NCBI GenBank assembly: GCA_963663235.2
Contig: CAXXNO010000012.1
Coordinates: 192,001-256,000, forward strand
Length of the DNA stretch: 64,000 bases
DNA from: Dehalococcoidia bacterium
GTDB lineage: Bacteria; Chloroflexota; Dehalococcoidia; Bin125
Reading direction: 5' to 3'
Shown: one piece after another, positions 36,798-47,963 of the stretch
Position numbering within the stretch: position 1 is the first letter of the stretch
Layout of the letters: each line of letters begins with the position of its first letter
Program-made: the position numbers and the translations under genes
The notes under the pieces: generated by a model
What the model was told of the DNA's origin: nothing
What the model saw: the letters and a program-made list of their open reading frames with translations, nothing else
Databases searched by the model: none

Positions 36798-38546
36798 CTA
36801 CTCGATCCGCACGTCCGCCCACTGCCAGCTGTTGTCCAGAACGTCGGGCCGGCGCCCCACGATCCCCGGGCGAAGGCCAGTGGCCAGCGCGGGATGAACC
36901 AGCGGCACGGTCGGCAGCAGGTCGAGCAGCGTTCGCTGCAGCGCCTCCACGCGCAAGCGGCGGGCGGCGCGATCGAACGTGCCCAGGATCTCCGCGATCG
37001 CTTCGTCCACCTCGGCGTTGGCGAAGGCGAACCCGTTGAGCTCGCCCCGGCTGTGGACAAGCGGAATCACCGCGTCCAAAGCATCGGGGCTCGCGGGCGC
37101 GAAGTCGATCAGCCACGGCACGCGCCCATCGACCAGCGCCGCCACGATCTCGGCGTCCTCCTGCGGCGTCACCTGGATCGTCACGCCGAGCGTCTCTCTC
37201 AGCTGTGCCGCGACGGCGGCGGCCGGCGCGAAGTCGCGCTCGTCGGCGGCCCGGACGGAGAGAGTGAGCGGCTCCACCGCCTCGGAGCCGCCCGCAGCCT
37301 CCCACAGGGAGCGAGCGGCCGCGCGATCGTCCGGATCATTGCGGTAGCCCGGAAGCGACGCCAGCTCACTCGGCGGCAGCGCCCAGGCCGAGTGCGGCGG
37401 TGCGATGTAGCCGCTGGGGCCCGCGCCCTCGCCGAACCATGCCGCCGCCAAGGCCGAGCGATCAAGCGCGAGATGCAGCGCCCGGCGGCGCCTGACGTCA
37501 TCCCACGGCGGCCGTTCGATCCGAAAGAAGAGATGCATCACCGCTGCCAGGCCGGCCACGCTGACGGCATCGTCGGTGCGTGCGACGGAGCGCGCCACCG
37601 CGACCGCGGCGCGCTCCAGCGCGTTCTGCTCTCCCGCGGCGAACGCCTGCGCCTGCTCCGACCCCGTGCGCGCCGCCAGATCGATCGCGCGGATGGCCGG
37701 GGCGCCGAAGTGATAATCGGGATTGGCCACCAGCGACCAACCACTCTCGTCGGCGGCCTCCAGCCGGAACGGCCCGCTGCCGCGCTGCTCCTCCGGCGCC
37801 GTGAGGTCCTGGTCCAGGAGCTCGGCCGGGAGGACCGCCATCCAGCGGTCGGCGGGGAGTGTCGCGAGGCGAACGTCCGGCTGCTCGGAGCGAATCACCA
37901 GCCGCGCGGCGTCGAGCGTCTCAACCGTCAGCCCCCCCAGACGCCCGCCGCGGGCAAAGGTGGGGTCGCCGCGGTCCTGCTGCGACTCAATGGTCAGGCG
38001 GACGTCGTCGGCGTCCAGCGATCGGTCCCGGCCGGGCGGGCGCGAATCCCAGCGCACGCCCGGCCGGAGCGTGTAGATCAGCGTGGTGGGATCGGGCGCT
38101 TCGGGCAGCGCCAGCGCCAAGTCCGGCTCCAAGCGGTCCTCTCCGACGTCCTCGCGACGTAGCAGCTTGCTGTAGACAAGCTGGCCGATCCAGCGCTCGC
38201 TGACGGGCGAGATGGAGCGGCGCAGGTCCGCGGTGTCGAGCGCGGCGAGATTGTCACCGGTGCGCAGGACCGCCGGCTCCGGCGCGGAGCGCGGGACCGG
38301 GATTTCATCCGCCGCATCTTCGACCACAGCGGAGAGATCGGGCATCTCATCGCTCGCGGGCTCCGGGAGTGACGGACGCGGCTCATCGTCATCGCGGTCG
38401 CCTCCACAGCCGGCCAGGGCCAGCGCGGAGAGCCCGACGCCGCTCGACGCGGCCGCCCCCAGGAGCGCCCGCCGGCTGACCCGGGCGGGGATCCCTCGAT
38501 CCCCTTGCCCCCGCTTCGGTTGCCATGGTGTCCGTCGCCGCCGCAC
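36798..38546 (-). CDS. ABC substrate-binding protein (family 5), Tat lipoprotein
   Basis: SRRALL twin-Arg signal with LAGC lipobox, LRPGVRW, GSGPF, NPDY, PPWDDVR; start uncertain. Confidence 0.85.
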   Translation of the reverse strand: MRRRRTPWQPKRGQGDRGIPARVSRRALLGAAASSGVGLSALALAGCGGDRDDDEPRPSLPEPASDEMPDLSAVVEDAADEIPVPRSAPEPAVLRTGDNLAALDTADLRRSISPVSERWIGQLVYSKLLRREDVGEDRLEPDLALALPEAPDPTTLIYTLRPGVRWDSRPPGRDRSLDADDVRLTIESQQDRGDPTFARGGRLGGLTVETLDAARLVIRSEQPDVRLATLPADRWMAVLPAELLDQDLTAPEEQRGSGPFRLEAADESGWSLVANPDYHFGAPAIRAIDLAARTGSEQAQAFAAGEQNALERAAVAVARSVARTDDAVSVAGLAAVMHLFFRIERPPWDDVRRRRALHLALDRSALAAAWFGEGAGPSGYIAPPHSAWALPPSELASLPGYRNDPDDRAAARSLWEAAGGSEAVEPLTLSVRAADERDFAPAAAVAAQLRETLGVTIQVTPQEDAEIVAALVDGRVPWLIDFAPASPDALDAVIPLVHSRGELNGFAFANAEVDEAIAEILGTFDRAARRLRVEALQRTLLDLLPTVPLVHPALATGLRPGIVGRRPDVLDNSWQWADVRIE

Positions 38547-38678
38547 GTCATCAGAGTCGCGAGCCAGGCTCGCCGGATCAATGGGCGGCCGAGCCGGTTG
38601 TCGGGGGCAGGGGCGCTGCATAGAATCGAGCCCGGCCCCGGCGACGACAGCCACCAGGTGAGGATGAGAGGGGAATGC

Positions 38679-39497
38679 ATGCCAGAAGCGCCGCTCGACG
38701 GGCAATGGGCGCTGATCCTCGGCGCCTCGAGCGGGTTCGGCGAGGCGACGGCGCTGGCGCTGGCGGAAGCCGGGATGCACATCGCCGGCGTGCACCTGGA
38801 CCGCCGGGCCACGCTTCCCAACGTCGAGCGGATCGTGCGCACCATTGAGGAGACCCACCACCGGCAGGCCTTCTTCCAGAACATCAACGCCGCCGACGAG
38901 GGCAAGCGCCGAGCGTTCCTCGATGCGCTGCGAGAGCGGTTGGACGGCGAAGGAAGACCGACTACGGTCCGTGTGCTCCTCCACTCGCTGGCATTCGGGA
39001 CGCTGGGCCCGTACATCGCGCGGTCGGAAGGGGACCACCCCCTCACGCAGCGCCAGGTCGAGATGACGCTGGACGTCATGGCCAACTCGATCGTGTATTG
39101 GACGCAAGACGCACTGGCCCGCACCCTCATGGGACCGGGGAGCAAGATCTTCGCCATGACCTCCGCGGGCGACGCGCGGGTGATCCCCACCTACGGGGCC
39201 GTCAGCGCCGCGAAGGCCGCCCTGGGCGCTCACATCCGGCAACTCGCCGTCGAGTTGGCCCCGCTGGGGATCGCCGCCAACGCGATCAAAGCGGGCGTCA
39301 CCGACACGCCCGCCCTGGCCCGCATCCCTGCCGCGGATCTGCTGAAAACGTTCGCCGTGGAGCACAACCCGAGCGGACGCATGACCAGGCCTGAAGACGT
39401 CGGGCGCGCCATTGTGCGCTTAAGCCTTGATGACTCGCACTGGCTGACGGGAAACACCATCAACGTCGACGGCGGCGAGGACATCGTCGCCGTCTGA
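38679..39497 (+). CDS. SDR oxidoreductase, enoyl-ACP reductase (FabL-like)
   Basis: ILGASSGFG, YGAVSAAK, GVTDTPAL, VDGG. Confidence 0.85.
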   Translation: MPEAPLDGQWALILGASSGFGEATALALAEAGMHIAGVHLDRRATLPNVERIVRTIEETHHRQAFFQNINAADEGKRRAFLDALRERLDGEGRPTTVRVLLHSLAFGTLGPYIARSEGDHPLTQRQVEMTLDVMANSIVYWTQDALARTLMGPGSKIFAMTSAGDARVIPTYGAVSAAKAALGAHIRQLAVELAPLGIAANAIKAGVTDTPALARIPAADLLKTFAVEHNPSGRMTRPEDVGRAIVRLSLDDSHWLTGNTINVDGGEDIVAV

Positions 39498-39585
39498 TCG
39501 GGACCGAGAGCAAGGGCCCGCCCGCTCGCGTCATGCAGTTTGTGGAGCGGTCGCCCGCTGGGAGCGGTCCCCTTAGCATGGGGGC

Positions 39586-40437
39586 ATGGCCGACACGCCC
39601 AGCCGCCGCCGTCGTCGTCGCCGTCGCCGCCGCGGCGGGCAGCGCACCGACGCCGCAGCCGCTGGGGCGGCCGGGGAGGCGGCCGGGGAGGCCGCCTCCG
39701 CCGCCGCGGACACACCGTCCACCGAATCCCCGTACACCGAGGACGAAGCGGAGAACGCCAGCGGCGCGCGCCGCTCCAAGCGCGGCGAGCGCGGCAAGCG
39801 CGGAGGGCGAGCGCAGCCGGACACAGTGTTCGGGATTCCGCGGATGCTCTTCGTTATCGGTTTGGGCGTCATGGTCGCCACCCTCGCGATGTTCGTGCTC
39901 CCGAAGGTGTTGGGCACCTCCTCCGGTGGCGGCGACGACCTGGACCTGTCCAGCGTGGAGACCTTCCCCGACCAGGGGCGGCGGCACTTGAAGCCGGGCG
40001 AGTCGTTCGTGTACAAGAGCATCGCCGACGGCGTTCCCCCGACCTCCGGCCCGCAGGACGCCGCCGGGGTGGCGCCGGGCATCTACGACGGCCCCCAGCC
40101 CTTCGCATCGCTGCTGCCGGTGCTGGAGCAAGGCGGCATCGTGATCTACTACCGGCCGGACCTTGTCGACAGCGCTGGTGTGACCGGCCTCAAACAGATC
40201 GCCCAAGGCTTCCTGGACCAGAACGACCCAATCGTGCTCACTGCCGACGACAGGATCGATGACCCCATTGTCGCCACAGCGTGGCGGCACGCGCTGCGGC
40301 TGGATGCGTTCGATAGGGAGCGGCTCAGGGATTTCATCCTCGGTTTCGGGGGCCTGTTCAATGCGGAGCCGGAGCCGCCCATTGCCCAGGACGAAACGGG
40401 TGGGGAGAGGGGAGGGGATGATGCGGACACTGGTTGA
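39586..40437 (+). CDS. DUF3105 domain membrane protein with poly-Arg N-terminus
   Basis: PPTSGP, LEQGGIVIYY, IVATAW. Confidence 0.78.
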   Translation: MADTPSRRRRRRRRRRGGQRTDAAAAGAAGEAAGEAASAAADTPSTESPYTEDEAENASGARRSKRGERGKRGGRAQPDTVFGIPRMLFVIGLGVMVATLAMFVLPKVLGTSSGGGDDLDLSSVETFPDQGRRHLKPGESFVYKSIADGVPPTSGPQDAAGVAPGIYDGPQPFASLLPVLEQGGIVIYYRPDLVDSAGVTGLKQIAQGFLDQNDPIVLTADDRIDDPIVATAWRHALRLDAFDRERLRDFILGFGGLFNAEPEPPIAQDETGGERGGDDADTG

Positions 40438-41116
40438 GCGCGCGCGCCGGCGGCGACCCCTCTGGCCGGCGGGCTTGGCCCTGGCGCTGGCTGTCGCGCT
40501 GGTCGCGGCCGCCTGTGGTGGTGGCGACGGCGACGACGGAGCGCCCGCCCAGCCGTTGGAGCTGGAGCAGGCCACGCTTGATCCCAGCGACGAGAGCCCC
40601 GCCGCCGAGGAGGTCGTGGGCCCAGAGCCGCCGGACGCCGCCCAAGCGGCGCCGAGCCCACTCGGCGCTTTCGGCGTGGTGCAGGAGTTCGATGACAACC
40701 TCACCACGCCGGGCCAGCAGCACCTCACCCCGGGATCCACGTTCGACTACCCAACCATCCCGCCGTACGGCGGCCCGCACGCCGCGGATCCGGCCCAGTG
40801 CGGCATCTACTTCCAACCCCTCTCCTTTGAAGCGCTGGTCCACAGCATGGAGCACGGCGCGGTGATCTGGTACACCCAGCCGGACATGCTCAACACCCAG
40901 GACGCGGCCGCGGGCGAGGTGCTCGCCCGGGAGCTCCTGAACGACAACAAACGCTTGATATACCTCCCCGATCAGCGCATCGAAGCGCCCATCGTACTGG
41001 CCTCGTGGGGCCGGCTGCTGCCCCTCGATCGATTCGACACGGAGACGATCCGAGACTTCGTCGGGAAGTTCGACAGTGAGGGGCCCGAGCGCCTGCCGCG
41101 CAACATCGCCTGCTGA
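40418..41116 (+). CDS. DUF3105 domain lipoprotein
   Basis: AAACGG lipobox, PPYGGPH, VHSMEHGAV, LASWG, GPE. Confidence 0.82.
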   Translation: MMRTLVERARRRRPLWPAGLALALAVALVAAACGGGDGDDGAPAQPLELEQATLDPSDESPAAEEVVGPEPPDAAQAAPSPLGAFGVVQEFDDNLTTPGQQHLTPGSTFDYPTIPPYGGPHAADPAQCGIYFQPLSFEALVHSMEHGAVIWYTQPDMLNTQDAAAGEVLARELLNDNKRLIYLPDQRIEAPIVLASWGRLLPLDRFDTETIRDFVGKFDSEGPERLPRNIAC

Positions 41117-41152
41117 CAGCCGGGGCGACAGACGGGGCGCATGCCGGAGCGA

Positions 41153-41440
41153 CTAGGTGTCCAGCGTGCTCATGTCGTCCACCTTCCAGGAGTCGCCGCT
41201 GGCCACCCAGCGGGTGCCAATGGCGCCGCCGCCGTCCGGCGCCGAGAAGATGATGTGCACTACCCCGTCGCCCCGCTCCTCGATAACGTATCCGGTGGCG
41301 TCCTGGGCGCCCCCCGTTTGCGCCTGGACGGTCAGCGCCTTCTTCATGCCGGACGCCGTGAAGACGCGCATGAGGCCCATGAGGTTATTGGCGATGATAT
41401 CGCGGGCCAGCTGGTCGGCGGCGTCATGGAGGGTCGTCAT
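41153..41440 (-). CDS. Hypothetical protein
   Basis: GGAG RBS; 95-aa globular-looking sequence. Confidence 0.6.
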   Translation of the reverse strand: MTTLHDAADQLARDIIANNLMGLMRVFTASGMKKALTVQAQTGGAQDATGYVIEERGDGVVHIIFSAPDGGGAIGTRWVASGDSWKVDDMSTLDT

Positions 41441-41672
41441 CGTCGCTCCCGGGGTTGCACGGCTGATCCGATGCCGGAGTCTATCCGCACCCTCGGCGCG
41501 GGTCAAAGCGGCGACGAGCCTTGAGGGATCGGATGCGGGCCTTTGATCGTCGCGCTCCTCCTCGATCCGGGGTCGTTTCCCGGCGCTCCGCAAGGGAGTC
41601 CCCGATCTCCAGTCCTCAGCGGATACCCCATGCGAGCGCTTCACGATTACCCTGATGCGGGAGGAGGCGCAC

Positions 41673-42425
41673 GTGGCTGACGACGGTGCAATCGTTGAAG
41701 CGGAACAGGTGCACAAGACGTATCGCTCGGGAGGGCGCGCGGAGGTGCACGCGCTGCGCGGGGTCTCTCTCTCCGCGCCGCGCGGCGAGATGGTCAGCAT
41801 CATGGGGCCGTCTGGCTGCGGCAAGACGACGCTCCTCAACGCGCTCTCCGGGCTGGACGACATCGACTCCGGCGAGATCCGCATCGAGGGACGGGAGATC
41901 CAGAAGCTCTCCGACAACGCCCGCACCGACTACCGCGCCCGGCGGATGGGCTTCATCTTCCAGTTCTACAACCTGCTGCCCGTGCTCTCGGCGGTGGAGA
42001 ATGTGGAGTTGCCGTTGCTGGTGAGCGGGGTCCCCGCCCGTGAGGCGCGGACCCGAGCCATGGCCGCGCTGGAGCAGGTCCACCTCACAGACTGGGCCCA
42101 GCACCGGCCGGCCCAGCTGTCCGGCGGTCAGCGCCAGCGCGTGACCATCGCGCGGGCGCTGGTCAACAACCCCGCCATCGTCTGGGCGGACGAGCCCACG
42201 GGTGACCTGGACAGCACCAACGCCGGCGAGATCATGGACTTCATTCAGCAGCTCAACGAGCAAAACAGTCAGACGTTCGTGATCGTCACGCACGACGAGG
42301 GGGTCGGGGGGCGCTGCCACCGGACCATCCACATGCGGGACGGCCGCATCGAGGGGGAGACGCAGCACCGGCCATTCCAGCCGCGTACGGGGGTCGCCGC
42401 AGCCGAGTCCGCGGGCAGCGCATGA
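41673..42425 (+). CDS. ABC transporter ATP-binding protein (LolD/MacB-type)
   Basis: [25 protein letters not shown]; GGAGG RBS before GTG. Confidence 0.95.
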   Translation: MADDGAIVEAEQVHKTYRSGGRAEVHALRGVSLSAPRGEMVSIMGPSGCGKTTLLNALSGLDDIDSGEIRIEGREIQKLSDNARTDYRARRMGFIFQFYNLLPVLSAVENVELPLLVSGVPAREARTRAMAALEQVHLTDWAQHRPAQLSGGQRQRVTIARALVNNPAIVWADEPTGDLDSTNAGEIMDFIQQLNEQNSQTFVIVTHDEGVGGRCHRTIHMRDGRIEGETQHRPFQPRTGVAAAESAGSA

Positions 42426-45400
42426 AAGAGCTCTTCGGCGCGCCCATGAGCGACGTGCTCTTGGTGGTGGTGGTGCTCCTGATCATCAGCGCCGCGCTGG
42501 TCTCGGTGCTCGCCTGGCGCAACCCGCTCCTGTTCAAGATCGGGCTCCGGAATATCCCGCGCCGCCGGGCGCAGACGGCGCTGATCGCCATCGGGCTGAT
42601 GCTGAGCACGCTGCTGATCTCGTCGGCCTTCGCCACCGGCGACACGCTGAGCAGCAGCCTGCGCAACCTCGCCTTCGAGATCACCGGCCCCATCGATCAC
42701 ATCGTCCAGTTCGACACCGACGCCGGCCGCAGCGTCGCGCAGCGCGACGCCGTCGTGCCGCAACAGATCGCCGATGACTTGCAACAGGAGTTCGCGGAGG
42801 ACGAGGACATCGAACAGTTCGTCCGCGTCATGTTCGACGCCGTCTCCATGGAGAACCTTGATAAGGGGCAGTCGGAGCCGCTGGTCTTCACGCTGGGCCT
42901 GGACCCCGACGAGGTCGACGCGGTGGGCGGCATCCCCCGGCTTCGCGGGGGCAAGATCCAGCTTGCCGACCTGCCCCCGAACGGCATCGTCCTGAACGAG
43001 TCAGCCGCCGACCTGCTGGCGGCGGAGACCGGCGACCGGGTCCGGCTGCGGGTCTTGGGCCGGCTGCAAGAGTTTCAGGTGTTCGACATCGCGGAGGACA
43101 CGCTGCTGAGCGGCAAGGTGAACCCGGCCGATCCGCAAGGAGGCGTCATTCGCCTGGAAGACGCGCAGCAGATCTTCCAGCAGGAGGGCCGACTCACCGG
43201 CATCGGCGTCACGGCCGGCGGGGTCGACCGATCGGACGACGTCGAGGCGCGCCTCAACCGCTTCTTCGAGCTGAAGGCGCAGGACGAGGTCCTTGGCGGC
43301 ATCGAAGGCGACGACCGCGTCTACGCCGACGACCTCGGCCGGCCCCAGTTCGAAGCGGCCCCCTTCAAGAAGGACACCGTGGACGACGCCGAAGCGTTCG
43401 GCTCCATCTTCACCTCGTTCTTCTTGGTGATGGGGCTGTTCGCCATCGCGGCGGGGCTGCTGCTGATCCTGCTCATCTTCGTCATGCTGGCGCAGGAGCG
43501 GAAAACGGAGATGGGGATCTCCCGCGCCGTGGGCATGCAACGCAGCCAGTTGGTGCAGGCGTTCCTGGCGGAAGGGATCGCCTACAACCTGGGCGCGGCG
43601 GTGATCGGCACCGTGGCCGGCATCTTGATCTCGTTCGGCATGGTGGCTGTGCTGGAATCCGCCTTCGACGACTTCGGGATCACCTTCACCCAGCACATCG
43701 AGCCACGCAGCGTCGTGGTGGCGGCGGGCCTCGGCATCCTGCTGACGTTGATCGTGGTAGTGGTGTCGTCGTTCGTGGTGAGCCAGCTCAACATCGTCGC
43801 GGCGATCCGGGACATCCCGGACGACCGTGCGCGGGACCGGCGACGGATCTCAGTGCCCGGCGTAGTTACCACGACCGTTGGGTTGATCCTCACGGCGACG
43901 ATCTTCATCCCCGTGATCAACGCGGTAGTTGGGTTCGTCGCCTTGAACCTGCCGGGGTTGGGAGCCGCGATCCGGCGGCGCGGCTGGGGCGAGTGGGTCG
44001 TGATCAGCACCTGGCGCCTGATGCGCTGGCGACAGGAGTGGTGGTTCGTGCTGTTGTTGCTGGGCGCGATCGCGGTCCTGTTGGGCCTCGATTCGGAAAG
44101 CGCCTTCTTCTACCTCCTAGGGCTCTCCCTGATCACCATCGGGCTGGTACTCCTAGCCCGCCGCCTGAATCTCGCGGGGCGCGCCGCCTACAGCCTGATG
44201 GGCCTGGCCATCCTCTTCTTCTGGCTGGCGCCGCGAGATTGGCATACCGAGGTCTGGGGCAAGGAGTTTGAAGGCGGCATCGAGATGTTCGTGCTCTCCG
44301 GCATCATGATGGTGACGAGTGCAACCGTCTTCGTGATCTTCAACCTGGACCTTCTCATCGAGCCGATCCGCTGGATCGGCCGCGCCTTCGGCCGCTTCGC
44401 CCCCGCGGTGCGGACCGCCGTCGCCTACCCCACCACGGCGCGCTACCGGACGGGCATGACCGTCGCCATGATCGCCATCATCATGTTCGCCCTGGTCACC
44501 TTCACCACCATCAACCGGAACTTCGCCGCCGCGTTCACCAGCGACGCCGCCGCCGGCGGCTTCGACGTGCAGGTGGACTCCACCATCAACGACGAACTCA
44601 GCGACCTCCGCGCCGCCCTCATCGAGGCGGAGGCGGACGACCTCGCCCGCAATCTGGAGACGATCACGCGGCTGCGCATCGGCAGCGTCCTCGGAACGGA
44701 CGTGCTCACGCTGGAGAGCGAGCGCTGGAACGCGTTGGATGACCGGCCGATTCGAGACGAGAGCGGCGAGCCGATCTTCGACCCGGCATCATCCTCCGGC
44801 GATCGCTCGACGTCCCAGCTCACCTTCCTCACCGGCGCCGACGACGCCTTCCTCGTGGAGAACCGCGTCCCGCTCCAGGCCCGCGCCGTCGGCTTTGAAT
44901 CCGACGGAGAAGTGTGGGACGCCCTGCGCGACCCCGGTAACAACTTCGCCGTGGTGACCTTCAACGCCGTCGTACAAGACGACTTCGGTGGTTTTGAAGA
45001 CGCGAGCTTCGAGATGCCCGACGTCATCGATGAGGAGTCAACCCGTGCGCCGCGGGTGCGCGTGCAACTGCGCAACGGTGACCGTACGACGGAGGTGACG
45101 ATTATCGGCGTAGTGAGTCAGGTCGCCGGCGTCACGGAGCCCACCTTCCCCTTCCTCCCCAGCATCATCACCCACGACGAGATCCTCGCCGGGCTGTACG
45201 ACAAGGTGGACGTGACCCGCCACCTCGCCGGCGTCGGTCCGGGGGTCGATCCGCTGGAGACGGCTCGGGCCATCGAGGCGACGCTCAACGTGCAGGCGTT
45301 TTCCATCATCGACGAGTTGGAGGACCAGCAGGCGCAGTTCGATGCCATCCTCAAGCTGTTCCAGGGGTTCACCGGCCTGGGGCTGCTCGTGGGCATCGCC

Positions 45401-45748
45401 GCGCTGGGCGTCATCGCGTGGCGGGCGGTGGTCGAGCGGCGCCAGCAGATCGGCGTGCTGCGGGCCATCGGTTACCGCCGCGGGATGGTGCGGCTGGAGA
45501 TGCTGTTGGAGATGGGCTTCATCGCCGCGCTGGGGATCGGGATCGGGATCGCGCTGGCGCTGGCGCTCGCCTGGCGCCTCTTCGACGAGCAGACGTTCGG
45601 CGGCTTCGGCGGGATCGCCTTCCAGATCCCGGTGGTGGAGATCGTCATCTTCGCCGCCGCCGCGCAGACCGGCGCGCTGCTCATGACCTACCTGCCGGCC
45701 CGTCAGGCGGCCCGTCTGCCGCCGGCGGAGGCCCTGCGCTACGAGTAG
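42422..45748 (+). CDS. FtsX-like ABC permease (1108 aa)
   Basis: [13 protein letters not shown] and [13 protein letters not shown] FtsX motifs; ends PAEALRYE. Confidence 0.92.
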   Translation: MKELFGAPMSDVLLVVVVLLIISAALVSVLAWRNPLLFKIGLRNIPRRRAQTALIAIGLMLSTLLISSAFATGDTLSSSLRNLAFEITGPIDHIVQFDTDAGRSVAQRDAVVPQQIADDLQQEFAEDEDIEQFVRVMFDAVSMENLDKGQSEPLVFTLGLDPDEVDAVGGIPRLRGGKIQLADLPPNGIVLNESAADLLAAETGDRVRLRVLGRLQEFQVFDIAEDTLLSGKVNPADPQGGVIRLEDAQQIFQQEGRLTGIGVTAGGVDRSDDVEARLNRFFELKAQDEVLGGIEGDDRVYADDLGRPQFEAAPFKKDTVDDAEAFGSIFTSFFLVMGLFAIAAGLLLILLIFVMLAQERKTEMGISRAVGMQRSQLVQAFLAEGIAYNLGAAVIGTVAGILISFGMVAVLESAFDDFGITFTQHIEPRSVVVAAGLGILLTLIVVVVSSFVVSQLNIVAAIRDIPDDRARDRRRISVPGVVTTTVGLILTATIFIPVINAVVGFVALNLPGLGAAIRRRGWGEWVVISTWRLMRWRQEWWFVLLLLGAIAVLLGLDSESAFFYLLGLSLITIGLVLLARRLNLAGRAAYSLMGLAILFFWLAPRDWHTEVWGKEFEGGIEMFVLSGIMMVTSATVFVIFNLDLLIEPIRWIGRAFGRFAPAVRTAVAYPTTARYRTGMTVAMIAIIMFALVTFTTINRNFAAAFTSDAAAGGFDVQVDSTINDELSDLRAALIEAEADDLARNLETITRLRIGSVLGTDVLTLESERWNALDDRPIRDESGEPIFDPASSSGDRSTSQLTFLTGADDAFLVENRVPLQARAVGFESDGEVWDALRDPGNNFAVVTFNAVVQDDFGGFEDASFEMPDVIDEESTRAPRVRVQLRNGDRTTEVTIIGVVSQVAGVTEPTFPFLPSIITHDEILAGLYDKVDVTRHLAGVGPGVDPLETARAIEATLNVQAFSIIDELEDQQAQFDAILKLFQGFTGLGLLVGIAALGVIAWRAVVERRQQIGVLRAIGYRRGMVRLEMLLEMGFIAALGIGIGIALALALAWRLFDEQTFGGFGGIAFQIPVVEIVIFAAAAQTGALLMTYLPARQAARLPPAEALRYE

Positions 45749-45757
45749 GAGCGCCGG

Positions 45758-46594
45758 ATGACGGCCCCGACCCTGGACCCCGCCACCCGCGCGCTCTTCT
45801 ATCGCTACGACCGCGCCCTCCCGCTCAACGCCGAAACCACCGTGGTCGCCGATTCCAAGGCGCTGCGCATTGAGCGGTTCGCGATCTCCTCGCGCCACGA
45901 TGCGCGGGTGCCCGGCCTGTTTCTGCACAACCCGAACGCCGGCGAGCCCCGCCCGACTGTGCTGATCGCGCACCCGGCCACGCTCGATAAGAGCAGCGAC
46001 TACGTCATGGAGCCAGCGCGCGCTTGGGTGGAGCGCGGCGCGATCTGCGTGACCATCGACCAGGCCGGACACGGCGAGCGGCGCGACGGCGCGCTGGACG
46101 TCCGCGAGTCGCTGCGCTCCCCGGTCCGGCGGGCGGACGAGTCGGTACAGACCGCGGTCGACTGGATGCGCACCGTGGACTACATCATCGGGCGGCCCGA
46201 GGTGGATGCAGAACGCATCGGCTTCGCGGGCTTCTCCCTTGGGGGCATGCGCGGCGCGGCCTTCGTGGGGCTGGACGCGCGGGTGAAGGCCTCCGTCTTC
46301 GCGATCTGCGGCGCGGCGGGATCGGTCCGGGCCCAGGTCAAAGGCGACGACGCCGACGCCATCGCCGCTTCGCTCGCCATCACCGACCCTTTGCACTTCG
46401 CCCCCCTGATCGCGCCGCGCGCCGCGCTCGTGCTGGCCGGGCGGCAAGATGACTACGTGCCGCCGGAGTCGACGCAGGCGTTCTTCGACGCCCTCGGCGA
46501 CCCCAAAGCGATCCAGTGGCTGGACTGCGGCCACTTCGACTTTTGGCCGCAAGGGCTGGCGCCCATCTGGCCCTTTCTGGAGTCGCACCTCTAA
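45758..46594 (+). CDS. Alpha/beta hydrolase (dienelactone hydrolase/esterase-like)
   Basis: GHGER, RIGFAGFSLGG, DDYVP, GH. Confidence 0.85.
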   Translation: MTAPTLDPATRALFYRYDRALPLNAETTVVADSKALRIERFAISSRHDARVPGLFLHNPNAGEPRPTVLIAHPATLDKSSDYVMEPARAWVERGAICVTIDQAGHGERRDGALDVRESLRSPVRRADESVQTAVDWMRTVDYIIGRPEVDAERIGFAGFSLGGMRGAAFVGLDARVKASVFAICGAAGSVRAQVKGDDADAIAASLAITDPLHFAPLIAPRAALVLAGRQDDYVPPESTQAFFDALGDPKAIQWLDCGHFDFWPQGLAPIWPFLESHL

Positions 46595-46631
46595 CCGCCC
46601 ACCGAGCGGTCGATCACGGACTGGAGCAGCG

Positions 46632-47547
46632 ATGCGAGCCGTCTACATCACAGAGCAGGGTGGGCCGGTCGCGCGAGTTCGCGGAGCCGTTCATTCTCGG
46701 CGCCGATATCGCCGGGACGGTGGCGGCGCTTGGGGCTGGAGCGGAGGCGGTGTCGGTCGGTCAGCGCGTGCTCATCAACCCCGGCATCAGCGACAACACC
46801 TGCGACTACTGCTTGATTGGCAAGAGCAACCTCTGCCGCACCTACAGGCTGCTGGGCCTGCACGTGAACGGGGGCTACGCCGAATACGTGAAGGCGCCGG
46901 CCGAGAACATCCACGCGATCCCCGATTCGCTGCCGTTCGACGAGGCGGCGGCGATCCCGCTCACCGTCGCCACCGCCTACCACATGCTGGTGACCCGAGC
47001 GCGCATCCGCCCCGGTGACAGCGTCTTAGTGCAGGCGGCGGGCAGCGGCGTCGGCGCCGCGGCGATCCAGATCGCCAAGGCGCTGGGCGCCTGGGTCGTG
47101 ACGACCGCCGGCAGGGACGACACGCTGGCCAAGGGGATCGCGCTGGGCGCCGACGCGGGCATCAACTACACCGCCGAGCCGCGGTTCAGCGAGCGCGTGC
47201 GCGAGCTGACCGACGGCGAGGGCGTGGACATCGTGATCGACCACATCGGACCGGCCACGTTCGACGAGAACCTCAAGTCGCTCAGGCGGGGCGGCCAGCT
47301 CCTCAACTGCGGGCGCACCACCGGCGAGGTGGTGGAGCTGCCCCTGTTCCAACTCATGCTCAACCAGCAGACCGTGCACGGCACCTTCATGGGCACCAAG
47401 GCGGAGATGCAGGACTGGATGCGGCTGGTCCGCACCGGGAAGATCCGTGGCGTGGTGGGTGAGACGTTCGCACTGCAGGACGCCGCCGAGGCGCACCGAC
47501 GGATGGCGAGCCGGCACTTCTTCGGCAAGCTGGTGCTGCGGCCGTAG
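46632..47547 (+). pseudogene. Zinc-binding dehydrogenase (MDR) with an internal deletion/frameshift near 46667
   Basis: RBS plus MRAVYITEQGGP in one frame, then PFILGADIAG...CDYC..C...AAGSGVG...FGKLVL in another; the intervening GroES segment is absent. Confidence 0.78.
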
Positions 47548-47560
47548 GACCAGAAAGCGC

Positions 47561-47590
47561 TTGACAGCGTATATTAGTGATTGCTAATAT
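47561..47590 (+). promoter_or_regulatory. Sigma70 promoter with operator inverted repeat for the TA operon
   Basis: TTGACA-18 nt-TAATAT overlapped by ATATTAG-N6-CTAATAT. Confidence 0.78.
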
Positions 47591-47594
47591 CCCC

Positions 47595-47963
47595 ATGGCC
47601 TGGCGGATCTATCAGTATCAGAGCCGGCGCGGCGACCTGCCGCTGGACGACTACCTCGCGAGACTGAGTCCGAAAGAGCGCGCGGTGGCTCTGCGGTTCA
47701 TCAGCCGCCTAGCAGAGTTTGGTCCTCAATTGGGTGAGCCCCACGTCAAGCGACTGCACGATCCCCGTCGACAGCTTTTCGAGCTCCGTCCCGGCGCGCA
47801 TCGGATCTTCTTTTGTTGCGTCGTGCGGAATGCGGTGGTGCTGCTGCACGGCTATCGCAAGCGGTCGACGAACACCCCACCGCGAGAGTTGACGACCGCT
47901 CAGCGGCGCTACGACGAAGTGGTCGGCGGATCCTCAACGCCGCTATTGGGAAAGAGTCAATGA
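47595..47963 (+). CDS. RelE/ParE superfamily toxin (HigB/Gp49-like)
   Basis: LGEPHVKRL, LFELR, RIFF, VLLHGYRKRS..TP..EL. Confidence 0.9.
   Translation: MAWRIYQYQSRRGDLPLDDYLARLSPKERAVALRFISRLAEFGPQLGEPHVKRLHDPRRQLFELRPGAHRIFFCCVVRNAVVLLHGYRKRSTNTPPRELTTAQRRYDEVVGGSSTPLLGKSQ

Noticed and set aside
38500-38526. Frameshift linking ATG 38526 to the Tat substrate-binding protein
   Set aside because: An in-frame GTG at 38546 explains the gene without invoking an error; the start remains unresolved.
41111-41150. DUF3105 protein ending Cys-TGA, a possible CU motif
   Set aside because: No hairpin at +14, and read-through would run antisense into the 41153-41440 gene.
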